Source of the DNA: Escherichia phage vB_EcoM-UFV09
Strand: one strand, 5' to 3'
Sequence record: MZ291552.2
DNA length: 64,000 nucleotides
The notes below the pieces were generated by a model, which made no database searches, was not told where the DNA came from, and saw only the letters and a program-made list of their open reading frames with translations. Made by a program: the position numbers and the translations under genes. Shown one piece after another: positions 63,062-64,000 of this stretch. The stretch's first letter is position 1. The number at the start of each line of letters is the position of its first letter.

Positions 63062-64000
63062 TTATTTAAATTGTTCAGTAACGTCTTCAACTACTTCGTA
63101 TTGGCAGGTACGCATTTTAGCATCGTTGTAATCAATCGGAATTGATACTACATCACGTGGATGTACTTTAACTTTTACAACTCGGCTGGTTGAACTGCCA
63201 AAGTGACGAATATAAGATTTAGAACACACATGCAGACCACGAGAACAAGTTTGTGTATCATCGTCATTCACACGAGTACGTGGCATTTTAACTACTTTGC
63301 CAGGACTGTTATCAAAGGTGTTTGAGTGGCAGTCAAAGTAATTGCTGCGAACTACTTTCCAAGCATAGAAGTAGCCATCTTCTGTAATTTCAATATCGTT
63401 TGCTACCAAGAAATCAAAGAGTCGAGATACCGCTTTTTGGCTTGGGTTTTCCAGCAGATTTTCCAAGAACGGAAAATAAAATTCAAAGTTTTCGCCTTTT
63501 TCCATCGAGTCAAGAATACGATCAACCAAACCAGACCGCAATTCGATATTTTGATAGAACAAGCTTCCACCTTCAATTCGAACATCGCCGGAAATATATT
63601 TTTCAACAGCGCGACGAACATTAATTTTTTGTGCCGCTTCTTCTAACTTATCTGCTACGAGCAGATTAAGAATTTCCTGGAAGTTTGAATGAGTATTAGG
63701 TGTTGCATTATAAGTTACACCATCAACAGTAATCGAAATGAATTTTTTAGATGCATTCCAAATAATGTCAGATTTAGCAACTGGAGCAATAACTGCATCG
63801 CTATTAACTTTAACTGTAATATCACCACTAATAGTAACTTTAGGGCGTTTAGCTTCTTCAGCATTTTTCAAAACACGACGGATTGTGTCAACCGATACAT
63901 CCTTCCAATAAGCTAATTCCTGCTGAGTGTAATTACCACTTGAATACAGTTTAACAATTTCAGCTTGTTCGTTTTTGGTCAGGCATTTAATATTGTACAT
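63062..64000 (-). CDS. rIIB: rIIB protein
   Basis: 312-aa ORF recognised as T4 rIIB; start codon is the last three bases of the window. Confidence 0.93.
   Translation of the reverse strand: MYNIKCLTKNEQAEIVKLYSSGNYTQQELAYWKDVSVDTIRRVLKNAEEAKRPKVTISGDITVKVNSDAVIAPVAKSDIIWNASKKFISITVDGVTYNATPNTHSNFQEILNLLVADKLEEAAQKINVRRAVEKYISGDVRIEGGSLFYQNIELRSGLVDRILDSMEKGENFEFYFPFLENLLENPSQKAVSRLFDFLVANDIEITEDGYFYAWKVVRSNYFDCHSNTFDNSPGKVVKMPRTRVNDDDTQTCSRGLHVCSKSYIRHFGSSTSRVVKVKVHPRDVVSIPIDYNDAKMRTCQYEVVEDVTEQFK

Noticed and set aside
63326-63916. Several plus-strand ORFs of 72 to 106 aa
   Set aside because: All are antisense within rIIB.

Overview
This window is a contiguous 64-kb segment of a T-even (T4-like) coliphage genome, collinear with the phage T4 map from the 3' end of gene 23 (major capsid protein) to rIIB. 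All identifications are from reading the six-frame translations and the DNA by eye against remembered T4 biology; no database search was run. Plus strand carries late structural genes: 23 (partial), 24, uvsW, baseplate hub genes 51-27-28-29-48-54, and long tail fibre genes 34-35-36-37-38 followed by holin t. Minus strand carries early and middle genes: rnlB, hoc, inh, uvsY, 25, 26, two tandem Alt-type ADP-ribosyltransferases, DNA ligase 30, 30.1-30.9, rIII, 31, cd, pseT, spanins, alc, rnlA, denA, nrdB, nrdA, td, frd, 32, 59, 33, dsbA, rnh, asiA, arn, motA, 52, ac, stp, ndd, denB and rIIB. Regulatory signals are T4-typical: TATAAATA late promoters, GTTTAC-N18-TATAAT-like early promoters, MotA-box middle promoters, and many UUCG/GAAA-tetraloop hairpins at gene boundaries. 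No tRNA, rRNA, CRISPR array or transposon was recognised. I do not see a clearly novel multi-gene system; the region is largely a well-characterised phage backbone. Departures from what I recall of T4 are: (1) hoc is interrupted by one in-frame TAA and carries an extra Ig-like domain; (2) gene 34 has a perfect 99-bp in-frame tandem duplication; (3) the fibre tip is T2-type (gp37 with a C-terminal chaperone-like domain plus a glycine-rich gp38 adhesin); (4) td and nrdB are uninterrupted and no homing-endonuclease gene is seen; (5) a 115-codon ORF sits between frd and td; (6) two distant early genes share an identical 54-bp promoter-leader cassette; (7) a probable frameshift-split gene at a G4 run. 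Several gene starts in the ORF track are non-ATG N-terminal extensions and were re-assigned to ATG codons with Shine-Dalgarno sequences. Coordinates of promoters, hairpins and sub-60-codon ORFs were counted by hand and may be off by a few bases.
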